64,000 nucleotides of DNA. Source: Camelus ferus. Taxonomy: Eukaryota. The first letter of the stretch is position 1, and every line of letters begins with the position of its first letter. Both the position numbers and the translations under genes were made by a program. The stretch is from positions 1,800,001-1,864,000 of the forward strand of contig NC_045698.1 in assembly GCF_009834535.1 (NCBI RefSeq). Reading direction: 5' to 3'. Below the pieces are notes generated by a model. The model was not told the origin of the DNA. It made no database searches and saw only the letters and a list, made by a program, of their open reading frames with translations. Shown in pieces: positions 24,011 through 36,483 of the stretch.

Positions 24011-26157
24011 GACACCACGCGTCCCAGGCACCAGCCGGGCTCCCCACTCCAAGGCAGCCCCTCGGAGCCTCACTCCGGGCTGGGTTCCATTCTGTAAGAC
24101 CCACGGAGCTCAAGTTTGCCATGTGGGTGCTTAGCAGGCAGGAGGCAGCAAAGGAGCAAAGAAGAAGGAACTTCTCAGCCCAAACCAGGTGTGGTGGCGG
24201 TGGGAAGGGGCGGGAGGAGGGAAACCCACCGTGGGCGCGGCGGGAGCAGCCGCGGAGTCGGGGGGAGTGTCACAAAGTAGCTGCTGAAGCAGCAGCGGAA
24301 AAGCTTGAGTTGTGAGTTTTATGGGCAAAGAAGGATTAAAATTGACGTTTTCGTCATCATTTGTGAAAACGACGGGTGGAATGTCACAAACGTGCTTGTG
24401 TATGTGTCCTCCCCCAAGTCTGAGGATAAAGGTGAACAAGAGGGCAGCTTTGGGTCGTTTAAATACTCACGGAAATGGTAAGATCAACTTGTAAGGCTCT
24501 GACACAACCACACTCCTTTATTTCTATTCTCAGATTCTCAGTATAAACATGAGAGCTTCTGACATGGAGCTGCAATGAGCTAGTGTGTTCAATTATATTG
24601 AATATTTCCCCAGGACCTTAAATATAAGCTGAAAATTTGGTAAATTCGATCCGTTTATTTATCTAACTTTCAAAAGGAAATTTTAGGACAGAATAAACTT
24701 CATTCTCTAGAGAGCTAGTCAAATTTATTTTTAGACCCATTGGTTAAAAAATACAACTTTCTAACCCTTCCAAATATACTTATCAAAATATCAACTACTA
24801 AATAGATTCAGTTTCTTAAGTTAATTCCAGGGAGTTCATTTAGCACTTTGGCTGCTAAATACGTATTTTAGCAACTCGTTTCTGGTACACAGTTGAACTG
24901 AAAATATAAATCAGCTTCTCCTTGTGCTGTGCCCCCGTCATTTCCATGGGTGGGCTGGGTGACACACACAGCCTCAATCTATTCGAGATCAGAACAGGCA
25001 TACGGGAAACTCCTAGAGACAGCAGGAACAGGGTTTTATTAATATCCTTAGGCCCAAGGATGTCCTGCTTACGAAGGTGATGTCTCAAGGTCCTGGGAAC
25101 AAAATCCTTCCAGAAGCAGGTTTCTCAGAAGAGGTGACGGAGCCCTAAGACCTCTGGCAGCCTTGCGAAGGGTCCGCCCCGTCCCCCACTGTAGGACCCA
25201 GCCGTGCTGGGACACTTGTCTGTAGGGACCATGTTGTCCAGCAGGGCACCTGCCATTGATGGCAACTCAGGTGTGTGTGCTTCCCCTCCACCCCAATGCC
25301 GCAGGAGCTCCTGGGTCCTGTCTTCCATGGCATTTCAGCCTCGGGATCCCCAAGTACATTACCTTTCTTATGAACCCTGCCCATTTCTTACCCTTAAACA
25401 TCCTTTCTCTCCCTCTGACATTAGAGCTACAGCAAAGTGGTATCAAACCATGATTTTCCCAGCTACTCCATTCTCGAGAGCCCTTACCCTCCAACATGAG
25501 CATTGACGATGAGCTTATGGTTGAAACTGTCAGCTGTGTGTCACATGGAGTCACCGCGGTTGTCTCCACACCACTAGGGATGGCTTCGTTGAATAAGGTT
25601 GTGCTTAATAACTGGAAAAATATCTCATGTTAGTAATATTTTAAAATAAAAGCGTGAAAAATTCATAGATAAACTATATAAATATTTTCAGGAGAGTATC
25701 TTTTCTTTGCTTGTTTGTTTGTAATGAAAATAGTTTCTAAAAGCCTTGCAAATACTTCAAAAAATAGGCCTTTTGACAATCCATAGAAAATCGTTCATCA
25801 GTTGCCTACAATGACGAAGGAACTCTGGGCAGAAACTGATGTGATTGAATAACCAATTTTATAATATCTTAATACACTTTCATACCTGGCTTTAGGCACA
25901 TATTTAAAAATGAGTAAAAAGGGCAAGAGAAAATGGTTAAAACTAATTTGTGAAAAAGGCAGAGAAGAAAACCCGTTATTTTCCTCGCTTGGACCGTCAC
26001 TTGCAAGAGATTCCTTTTAGCCTCTTAAGATGGTGGGAAAGAGAGGCCTTCGTGCTGCTAAATAGAGGGTGTCACTAGTTTAAATTGCTTATATGGGTAC
26101 AAACACAGAAAGTAAAGAGAATCTAATAAATGTATCGAGAGGAGAGCGGGGCGGGCA

Positions 26158-26278
26158 GGGGGAGGGCACAGCTCAGGGTCAGAGCACGTGCTGAGCAGGC
26201 ATGAGGTCCGGGTTCCACATCCAGTCCCTCCATTAAAAATGAATAAATAGATAAACCTAATTACTCCCCCTCACACAC
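26158..26278 (+). mobile_element. tRNA-Ala-derived SINE (camelid vic-1-like)
   Basis: GGGGAGGGCACAGCTCAG...AGAGCACGTGCTGAGCAGGCATGAGGTCCGGGTTCC...CTCCATTAAAAATGAATAAATAGATAAACCTAATTACTCCCCC. Same family as the copies at 2593 and 29369. Confidence 0.85.
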
Positions 26279-26292
26279 AAGAAAGAAAGAAA

Positions 26293-26341
<49 letters not shown>

Positions 26342-26572
26342 AGGAAGAAGGAGAAGGAAGGAAGGAAGAAGGAAGGAAGGAAGGAAGGAAGAAGAAAGAA
26401 AGAAAGAAGAAAGGAAGGAAGGAAGGAAGGAAGGAAGGAAGAAAGAGAAGAAAGGAAGAAAGAAGAAAGAAAGAAAGGAAGAAAGAAAGAAAGAAAGAAA
26501 GAAAGGAAGAAAGGAAGGAAGAAAGAAGAAGAAAGAAATGAATCTGAAAAAAAGAGAAAGAAAAAAAAAAAA
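26279..26572 (+). repeat. Compound (GAAA)n/(GGAA)n polypurine microsatellite
   Basis: About 290 bp, almost purely A/G, directly following the SINE 3' end. Confidence 0.95.
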
Positions 26573-27809
26573 GAGGAGTGAGCAGATGCCAAGAGAAACG
26601 CATCTCATTTCACAAGCTTTGCCCCCGTTCCTGGTTATCCTTGGTTTTAAATGCTAAACATTCATTTACATAAGAGTTTGGTTTTAAACATTGTTATGTA
26701 TCTGGTTTCTTTTTCATGAAGACTTTTCCCTCCCACAGAAAACACTTGCAAGTAAGTTTCAAAAGCTCTGTCCCCGCCTGGTTTCTGAGAAGCCGGAGGA
26801 GGAGACTGGCCCCTTCGGACCCGCGGACCCAGCTCTCCCGGCAGGTCAGGCCTCGGGAGGGGACTTTGTCACATGGAAATGTTTAACGGTCCAGCTCACA
26901 GCCCGTGGAGGTCGCGTTTTATCTGTGCAGGGTTGGAACATGATCCTTTCAAAGCCAGATAACCCAGGAAAGCCCTCTCCAAGGGCACCGCTGCTCACAC
27001 GCTGCCCCTGGGCGTGGTCCCCGGGGTCCGTGATTAGGATTTGATAAGGGGGCTTCCTTGTAGTTTTCTACTTGGACTTCAGTTCTTACGTTACTGCAAA
27101 ATAATATGCTCTCTTATTTTTTTTTAAGCAGCGAAGGCAATTTTAAGATTGAAAAGCAAGTTAGCCATTGAGGCAAGCTTTCGGACTTTGAATTTGCACA
27201 CGGAAGTATATTGAAACGTTTGAAGTTGCACTTAACGCTCAGCCTTGTCAGCTCCATCTGACCGACCCTCACCTCTGTCTAATCCTCGAATCTCAACACT
27301 CCGGTTTCCTGGCTAATTTTAGAAAGGAGGTGCCTTCTTACTAACTTTCCACTGAGAGAGTACTTTAAATGATAAAGATTGTGTTTAATATAGGTGCCAT
27401 CAAGTGCAAACTGTTACCGGCCAACCTGAGTCAGTCTAGATTTTTCCACTCATTAAAGTCATGCGTTTGCCTGAGAACTTACCAGCTCCCCACAGCCAGA
27501 CACCCTCTGCGTCTTTACTTCACCTCTGTGGCAGCTCCAAAGCCCTCACCTTCTCCAACTATTAGGCAGGAAAATTTAGGATTTCCCTTCACCCCCAATT
27601 CGTAGTGGACTTTTTTTTTTTTTTTGGTAAAATACAATAACAATATAAATAATGAACAAAAAAAATTAAACCTTTAAATCACTAGGTTCAACAGACATAA
27701 AATTGCTCTGTCACAGTGGCGTGACAGTTTCCAAGTACTTACTCTCAATTCTGTTCTTAATTGGGTCTGAACAGGAGACAAGGCATTTGCAGACCATCAC
27801 TGCTGAATT

Positions 27810-28865
27810 GTGTCTATGGTCAACTAGTTTTGGACAAGAGTGCCAAGGCCATTCACTGGGGAAAGAATGGTTTTTCAACAAGTGGTGCTGGGACGACTGA
27901 ATAGTCATAGGCAAAAGAATGAAGTCGGACCCCTACCTCACACCACTTACAGAATCCACTCGAAATAAATCAGTGACCTAAATGTGAGAACTAAACAATA
28001 AAATTCTTAGAAAATAACACAGTGGTCAGTTTTCATGACTGTGGATTTGACAATGGAGTGGAGAGACGACACCCAAGGCATGAGCAGTAAAGGACTAAAC
28101 GGATAAACTGGACTTCATCAAAACTAAGAACTTCAGTTCTTCAAAGTATGCCATCAAGAAAGTAAAAAGAGCACAGTATGAGAGAAGGCACTTGCAGATC
28201 ATCTGTCTGATGAGGGATCGTAGCTAGAATGCATAAGGAGCCCTCACACTCAAAAGTAAGAGGCAGACCCATCAATTTAAGGGAAATGCAAATCCCAACA
28301 ATAATGATACAGTCCTTCCCACTGACTAAGGAGGCTGGAATCCAGCCAGATAACAACGCACATGGCACAGATGTGGAGAAATCAGAACCCGCATCCACTG
28401 TTGGTGGGAATGTAGAATGGTGCAGCCACCTTGGAAACAGCCTGGCCGCTCCTCCAAGGATTAGACATAGACTTGCCTCATGACCCTGCAATCCTACCTC
28501 TGGGTGTACATCCGCCAGAAAGGAAAACATTCTCTGTGCAAAAACTTGAGCACAAATGTTCACAGCAGCATTATTCATAGGAGCCGAAAGGTGGAGACAA
28601 CTCAAATGCTCACAGTCTATGGATAAATAAGCAGAATGTGGTATATCCACAAAGTGAAATAGTATGCAGCCACGAAAAGGAGTGAAGTATGGACACGTGC
28701 TACACGACAGATGGAGCTTTAGAACATCGGGCCAGGTGAAAGTGGCCAGCACAAAACACCATGTGCTGTATGATGCCATCTATATGAACTGAGTTATAGC
28801 TAAACTTTGGGTCTGGGGATAGCTTTTTAAGATGATCAAAATATTCTAATACTGACTGTGGTGTT
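27810..28865 (+). mobile_element. Old LINE-1 (L1MB-like) ORF2 3' end and 3' UTR
   Basis: tatggtcaactagttttggacaagagtgccaagg...ttcaacaagtggtgctggga...ctgttggtgggaatgtagaatggtgcagccaccttggaaacag...cacaaatgttcacagcagcattattcata. Reading frame disrupted. Confidence 0.85.
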
Positions 28866-28871
28866 TTGCTT

Positions 28872-29550
28872 TGATTCCACATATGAGTGACATCATATGG
28901 CATTTTGCTTTTTCTTTCTGGCTTACTTCACTTAGAATGACATTCTCCAGGGACATCTATGTTGCTGCAAATGGCATTATGTTGTCATTTTTATGGCTGA
29001 GTAGTATTCCATTGTATAAATATACCACATCTTCTTTATCCAGTCATCTGTCCATGGACATTTAGGTTGTTTCCATGTCTTGGCTGTTGTAAATAGTGCT
29101 GCTGTGAACATTGGGGTGCATGTGTCTTTTCAAATTTTTCTCAGGATATATGCCCAAGGATTGGGATTGCTGGATCACATGGTAAGTCTGTTTTCAGTTT
29201 TTTGAGGAATCTCCATACTTTTTCCCACAGTGCTCTCACCAAACTACATTCCCACCCACAGTGTAGGGGGTTCCCTTTTCTCCACACCCTCTCCAGCATT
29301 TACTGTTTGTGGACATTTTAATGAAGGCCATTCTGACTGGTGTGAGGTGATACCTCACTGTAGTTTTGTTCTTTCTTTTTTAGTTTCTTTTGTTTTTTTT
29401 TTTTTGGAGGGAGGAGGTAATTTGGTTTATTAATTTAATTTTTTTTAATGGAGATCTAGGGACTGAACCCAGGACCTCATGCGTGCTAAGCATGCGCTCT
29501 ACCACTTGAGCTATACCCTACCCTGACCTCATTGTAGTTTTGATTTGTGC
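28872..29550 (-). mobile_element. LINE-1 ORF2 C-terminal fragment (younger subfamily), interrupted by a SINE
   Basis: gattccacatatgagtga...tttctggcttacttcacttagaatgacattctccag...ttgctgcaaatggcattatgttgtc is nearly the reverse complement of 43000-43220 of the young L1. Confidence 0.9.
29369..29525 (-). mobile_element. tRNA-Ala-derived SINE (camelid vic-1-like) with target-site duplication
   Basis: Reverse complement GGGTAGGGTATAGCTCAAGTGGTAGAGCGCATGCTTAGCACGCATGAGGTCCTGGGTTCAGTCCC, then an A-rich tail. TSD acctcactgtagttttg (29352-29368) / acctcattgtagttttg (29526-29542). Confidence 0.92.
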
Positions 29551-30471
29551 ATAATGACTGATATAAATAGAGCCTTTGGTGGCTAACAAAAACAAAATCT
29601 CTCAGCCTCCCAAAAGAAGATTAAAATTCTCTACACAAAATCCCCAAAATTTTTTGACAAGAAAATAAAACAAACAAATAAACGTGTTTGGTTTCTGTTA
29701 AACTGTGATTTGGCCCATTTAGACACCGAAGTCTGGTCCCAGTATCTGGTCTGCGCTCTGACACCTGTTCCCCTGCAGACTAAGGTGGGATGCTGGCGAC
29801 CGCAAAGACCCAAACAGGACGGCACATGAGGTGCCCGAAGTCCTCCTTCATCCAGGGGCGTGGAGGTCGTGCAAATGCAATGGGGAGCATTCCACTGCGA
29901 AGGAGGCTTTCTCTGCACACGGATTGCTTGTTCCTCCCTGGATGGTTGCCCACCCCCATCCTGTCTTCATCAGAACACCTGTTTGAAGTCCAGGCTGGAA
30001 CCCTGGATTCAGGGCAAGCCAAGCTAGTTTTAAAAATGAAGGGTGTGAAACTTCCTTCCTGGTGGGTGATGGTTGACCCCTGGGGCAGTTTTACACCAGG
30101 TGGTGCCGGGAAGCCCGAGGCTTTCCAGCTCGTGTTCTAAAATGCAGAGCAGTTCGGGAGGGAGGAAGAGGAGAGGGACCTCCCAGCCCCGCCTCCGCTC
30201 CAGGCTCTGTACATCCGAGCACTTCCAGTTTCTTATGAGGATCCTTTGGGACCTGCCTGTTTTAGAGATTAAAAAAAAAAAGGAGTTCAGAAAAACCCTT
30301 AGTAAACTGGACAAGCTTATGCCCTGAAGCTCGAGTCGCTCCCTGGTCGGCTGTCCCCCTCCTCCAACCCGCGTCACGGAGGGAAGCGCACCCGGGAACA
30401 GGCCTGACGTGAAACTTCCCAGAGGCTAGTGCTTGGTGAGGAATTGCTGAAACACAGTGACAGGCATTATC

Positions 30472-31015
30472 CCTTTTTAAAAATGACTTTATTGAAATAT
30501 AACTTACATGCCATAAAATTCACCCATTTCTAGTGTACAGGTTCATGAGTTTGAGTAAACTTGCAGAACCTTGCAACCCCCGGCAGAGTCTAACTGTAGA
30601 ACACTTACATCACCCCCCGAAGAGAGAAGGTGCCTGCTTGTCACCGCCCGCCAGCCCTGCCGCCAGCCCCGCCGCCAGCCCGGCAACCACATCCACTTCC
30701 CTTCTCCAGCGGGCCGCCTTTGCTGGGCGTCTCATTTAGGTGGAATTCTAGCACACACGTCTGACCGTCGTGACTGGCTTCCTCCGCCAGCATAACGCTT
30801 TTCAGATTTATCCGTGCTGCAGACTGAGGCTTCACTCCTTCGGATTGCCGCAGAGCACTCCATCATGAGGACAGACCACGTTTTGTTTACTCACCTCCCT
30901 CTTGATGGACATTTGAGTTGTTCCTACTTTTGGGCTGCAGGGAACAAAACTCCACGGACATTTGCACACAAGTCTTTGTGTGGACAACGATTCCCACTTC
31001 TTCTGGGTAGACTCC
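30472..31015 (-). mobile_element. Old LINE-1 (L1MB-like) 3' end
   Basis: actttattgaaatataacttacatgccataaaattcacccatt...gtgtacag...ggcaaccac...ttgatggacatttgagttgttcc...cacaagtctttgtgtggaca is a typical antisense L1M 3' UTR/ORF2 end. Confidence 0.85.
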
Positions 31016-32059
31016 TGGCATTATCTTTTAAATGTGCATATAATAGTCAAACTTAAGAAAGCCCCAGATTTCTTTTTGTCTATTTTTAAATATTGTGCTT
31101 TGAGTGTAAACCCATGTATGTGTGCATTTTTTTAAATGTGACCGGGACCATGAATTTACTCTACAAGAGCAGATCAAGGCTCTGTAAACGCCTTATGCTC
31201 ATCATTCCATATTTTCTCCCCTTTCTGATATTTTTGAGGAGTTCAGATTAAGCCTAAGGTCTGTCTGACAGAGCACAAGGGACAAATCTAGGTTGAGGGG
31301 GGACAGAAAGAAAAGTTCATTTCTGAATTAAGAGGGTCGACCAAACAAACGGTAGCTGGATTGGAGGAAATCCTGCGATGCTCCAGGGCCCATCACTTCT
31401 CCAAGCTGAACGGTGATTGTCACCCTGACCCATTGGGGACATGGAGGGGAAACCCCCAAAACGGATCTCCAGGGAGAAAAATGCTAGGAAACGATTTTCC
31501 TGGGCGTTACTGTGGATGGGAGCTACCGTGCTGCCACGTACAGATCTCAGGGGCCAAACGTCCTAGAGTTACGACGGGAACGAGGACTCCGAGTGCAGAC
31601 CGTGAACGTGCAGGAGGGAGACAGGGTTTGGGTCAGTCAGATTACTCAAGTGCATGGGAATTTCTGGGCTAAAATTTTAATTTTATAAAAATTTTTCCTT
31701 GTACTTTTTTTGAAAACTAAATAATTCAGACTGAATGGTTCAAAAAGTAATTTATACATATTGTGGCACAGATTTTATGCGTTTGGAATACACATTTCCT
31801 CATCGTTCGATCGTGGAAACTACCACAATTAATGCTAACATACAAATACATTTGATGAGTTCCAGGAAAGAGCCTGGAAAGTTCCAGGTGCCTCCAGCTG
31901 GACACTACTTCTGGGTGGGCTGGGCTGGCACTGCCGTCCTCACACACGGCCCCCAAGGTAGGAACATGGATTTGAGACTGTCTCTGTCTCTCCCCCAGCA
32001 CCGCAGCCTCCGGGCTCCCGGGGGAAGCACAGTACAGCTGCTGTCTGGAAGACCCCGCA

Positions 32060-33150
32060 CTGAGGATCCACCACCAGCTGTCCCCTGTTGTCTTAGGACT
32101 TTATTCTGGAAGTTCTAGGCATTAATATAAAGCAGTTAAAATATTGAAAAGCAGGAGGCAAGAGTCACGTCGTTTTCAGAAAAATAACTGTTCACCTGTA
32201 AAACTCAAGAGAGGCAGGGAGAACTGTTCACTCCGTGAGGAGCTCAGCAGAAGCTGCGGGCGCAGCGGACGGGCTGGGGGACTCACGCGCCGGAGCAGAG
32301 ATCAGCCCGTGCTCACCCGCAGGGACGCCACAGAGAGTTTAGTGGGAGAGACTGCGTTCCCTGTAACAACAAAACCTAAAAAATACTGGGAAACAGAAGT
32401 AATGGAAACGTGCGGGGTGCTGAGGCGGAAGCCTGCCTCGTCTGAAAGATGCTTGTAACAGCTGCGGGGGAAATGCCAGGTTTCTGGGCAAGACTACACT
32501 GTGAAAGACCAGTCCCTTTCGGTCAATTTATAAACACTGTATGATTCCAATAAAATGCTGAGGTTCGCCTAAAATGACACGTGGCCATTACAGTCCAGGT
32601 TATTGTAAAAGAAGACTAAGAGAGATGGTAAACTTGCCCGATACTGTGAGACACGATGAGGTTACGATAAATACAGAGAGCTAACAGGAGGACTAAAACA
32701 GGGCGGAGAAACCAGAAACAGACTGAGTTAGAGAGACGTGGCGCACAGACGACAGGGGAAGCCTTTCTAATCATCTGGGGAGCGACCACGAGCTAAACGG
32801 TCAGTCCTGGGGAAACATGCAATCGGGTCTTTGTTCCTGCACCTCGTGCCGAAGCGGAGACCTACCCGGTTGGGGTCAAATGTAAAGAGAACCCAGAACA
32901 TTCGCCTGAGGGCAGAGCAGGGTCTATCTTCCTAAGAACAACACCAGAGATAGAAACCACAGAAGACTCATAAAGTTGATCAAACACACATTTTTAAAAA
33001 ATTGGTCAGTATATAAAATAATGAACAGCATCCATCACATTAAAAGTTCAGACAAAAAACTAGGAAAAAGTTGTGGACCCGCCGGCCACGGGAGGGCTTC
33101 TATCTTGCCCGTGGGCTAATGCGGAGACCTGTCATAAAAGAAAAAATCAC
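32060..33150 (+). mobile_element. Very old LINE-1 (L1ME-like) ORF2 fragment
   Basis: Collinear decayed motifs: attctggaagttctagg, gtcgttttcagaaaaataactgttcacctgtaaaactc, ttccaataaaat, aaaccagaaacagac, caaatgtaaaga. Confidence 0.6.
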
Positions 33151-34429
33151 AGTAAATCCTGGAAGTCATCTTTTGCTTGAGATGTGAGACCAAAGAGAGG
33201 AGCAAGATGATGCCAACAGCACTTTGCAGGAGACAGAGAAGTGAACATGCCTCTAAAGACACCCAGACTCTTTCCAGGCGAGGGAAGCAGAGCTTCCAGG
33301 CTTGAGACCCACATTTACCTGCCACATCAGCTCCAGCTCAAAGGAGTGCCCGTGCTCAGGGCCGGCAGCACCCCAGGAGGGGTGGGGGTGCTGAGCCCGC
33401 CTGAGAGCCCACGGGCTAGCATCACTTTCCCGAAGGGGGCGCGGCCACGCGAACAAACTGTTTCCTCATGTATGTGCACGTTACAACGCACCGTAAGTGT
33501 GTAAACATATACTACATGTACATAGGTGTGAAAACGCGTCTTATTAAATATACAAGTATATAATGAGAGAGACTTGGTTATAATAGCCACACAATAAAAA
33601 TAATGTTTGCAATTTTATGGCAGTAAAATTATAGGTCAGCGTAAATACATTTTCTGAGCCCTCGTGATTTCTGCACTGAGCACCCTCTGATTCTTTGAAC
33701 AAGTGGAACCAGAACACTTCGGTTGATGAAAAAGTAATTCAAAAATTTGTAAATGCACAATTTAGAGTAGTATGTAAAGAATTAATTTGTATTTCTGAAA
33801 AGAGAAAAATACTAATCAAATTACAATATTAAGTCCAGGAATAAAAGCCGAGTTATGTCTTTCTGTCTGCCCGTCCACGGTGGGACATCAACGGCTGAAC
33901 AAGCCCAGGTTTGGGGACGCAAGCCCACTGCTGAGGACTTTGGAGAGCCACGTCTAATCCTCTCGAATCACGCCAGTTCCTGGAGGCGCCGTTCTCGGGG
34001 GATCCCAGCACAATGGAATGTTCTTTGTATCGCGGCGGCAGGGGCCACAGATGCTGGATCTCAGGTGTGGATGTGTGAAACCACGTTCAGGACCACGGTG
34101 TTCGTGGGGAGCACCCCGTGCTCTGTGGAGAAGTGAGTGCAGAGCTCTGCTCGAGAAGCCCCTCGAAATTTAAGCCAAACGAAGCAAAGGTGAGATGCCA
34201 AAGTGAACACGCACAGAAGATGTTCTTTAGTTCAGCGGCAAATGCTTCATGGCCGACTTCCGGCTGAGCTACCCAGTGAAACGAGGTCATGATTATTTTG
34301 AATGAATATAGTTTTAAAAAACCTTAGTAAAATATTCTGTGATTTTAGAGCATTTGATCAAGTCAGGGAGCTTTTTTGATGTGTTTTCTTTTAAGGTGAA
34401 TGGATACCGTTTTGGCAACTTCAGGTTTT

Positions 34430-34980
34430 CATTTGAAGGGAGTGTAATAAACTGTTTTCTTTGTATTGATTGGAGAAATATAGTGCCTATTCTTTTTGCT
34501 CGGTTTCCTAGTAGTTATTCAATAGGGTTAAAGGGCACCGCCATCTGTTTCCTAACAGGACGTTCTGTGTAAGATTTGCAAGTCCTACAGGCGCCTTTAA
34601 GCGTGGATAAATATGCACTCGCGGTTTCAGATGGGTAGTTTTTTACTACCAAAGGATGATTATGTTGTGTGCCTTGAGACATTGGCTATAATATATTTCC
34701 TGTCCCTTTATTGCATTTTGGAATCATAAACAATGACTGTTTGGCTCAAAGCCATTTATTCAGCCCAAAAAGACATTATTTGCACAACAAAAATCAATAA
34801 AAATGTTACTAGGTCTGGCTGGATACTTTGCTTAACTGTGATATTTGTCTGTCACTGATGGCATGCCATCTCTCGCAGGAGACTGGGGCCAAAACACAGC
34901 TATTGATCCCGTCAGCGATGATGGATACCGGCATTTGGAACCGGCTGCTGCAGAGAATCCCGATTAAAAAATATTTCTCG
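34430..34980. promoter_or_regulatory. Candidate enhancer / conserved non-coding element
   Basis: TATTGATT 34464, AACAATG (SOX) 34729, AATCAATA 34792 and TATTGATC 34901, in an AT-rich, apparently non-repetitive island. Confidence 0.4.
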
Positions 34981-36447
34981 GTTCTGCCTGGAGCAGAGTC
35001 ACCATAACCGGCGTGAGGAGGCTGTCTCTCTTCTGCTGGCTTCTCCCTCTCGTGTTGGAGCCGCACTCAGACCGAAGTCATTACTGAAAGAATTAAGTCC
35101 ATCTGTGTTTAGCCAAAGGCTTGGGCATCGTGTGAGCTCAGCGGACTTGGTATCTACTGTCCTTCTCATCACCTTAATGTGTCGGGAAAGCATCTCACGT
35201 GCACGGGGAGTCGAGATGTGCTGGGACGGTGCCCTGACTGCCTTCTTCCTCTTTTTATGCTTTCTCTTTATGTCTAGAAAAATAGGACAGACTGCGTCCA
35301 CCTCCTGTAACTAACTACATCGTATCACCTTTGAAATGAGCAACCTAGTTGACTAAAGGCGTTAACTAAATAAACCTGAGCCCACGTGAGTGATACCAAA
35401 AACACGCCAAATGGGTTAGAGACAATTTATGGCACTGAGCTTGGGGGAGAGAGTGATCTATTATCCTCCAGTCTCATAAATTTAAAATAAGAAATTGTTT
35501 TTCATTTTTCATTTGCTATCTCTCCACCTCCAGCATAAATCTGATGTGTGGACCGCGGTGGCGGTGACGGGGGTGGAAAATGCTCTCGTTTTATTCGACT
35601 CCATTTCATTTCATTTTATCTCCTTGTGTATTTATGCTACGCCTTTTCCAAAAAGACTTCCCGGGGAGTGGAGTTACTTGAGCAGAGGCCCAGCGCTCAG
35701 GACCAGCCCCCAGAGCAGGGGCGGGAACTGCAGTCGGCCCTCGGGCCGGCTTCCTGTGGCGGGTCCAGAACCGGATCCAGCGCCTGTTCTCCCCGCCGCC
35801 GCCACCAGTTCGCCGGATCCCCAGTTCCCACCACAACAGTAGCCCCTTGGGTCCTGCGACTGGCCTGGAGGACCGGCTAGTCTTCTAGACCTTTCAGACG
35901 TCTACCTGTGCGCACGGCCGGCGAAGGGTGGCCACCTGCCCGGCCCTGATAAGCTCTCTGTGTCGGGCTGTCCTTTTGTTCAAGACCAAAGCGCTGATCG
36001 TGGGGGCCAGGCCTGTTTCCATCATTACTTACTGTTACTTTCACTCTGCAGAGTGTTCTCTTTGGGCCGGAAACCATTAGCATTCATGATGAAGAATTAC
36101 CCGGTGTCGCTGGCCTTGGCGGTTTTTGGTGAGAGGTTGGTCTGGCCGCTCGGCTCTCACTGCGAGCTTGACGCAGGTGCCTCGCGGTTCCCACTGCCCG
36201 TAAGTTACTCCGCAGCAAGAGCCTGTCCAAGGAGGGGGGATTTCACACTGACGCTGCGCGAGCTCCTCTGGTGCTTCGCACCGCGCGAGACGTTCTAAAC
36301 GTGCGCTACGGCTGCATTTGCAAGCAGACACAGAGTCTCATGCCACCGTAGTTAGAAGCATATTTTAAAGAGGTTAAGTGACTATTAGACACAAAGTATT
36401 TTAATTACATCTTCTGTTTGTGAAAAGTGCATGTATCATATGTATAT

Positions 36448-36483
<36 letters not shown>
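36448..36483. repeat. (TG)n(TA)n compound microsatellite
   Basis: tgtgtgtgtgtgtatatatatatatatatatata. Confidence 0.95.

Noticed and set aside
26257..26608. Three Phe/Leu/Ser-rich minus-strand ORFs resembling membrane proteins
   Set aside because: These are translations of the (TTTC)n/(TTCC)n microsatellite.
29450..29523. tRNA-Ala(AGC)-like sequence with an intact anticodon arm (CATGC-TTAGCAC-GCATG)
   Set aside because: The acceptor stem does not pair, and it has a SINE body, A tail and TSD. It is a SINE head, not a tRNA gene.
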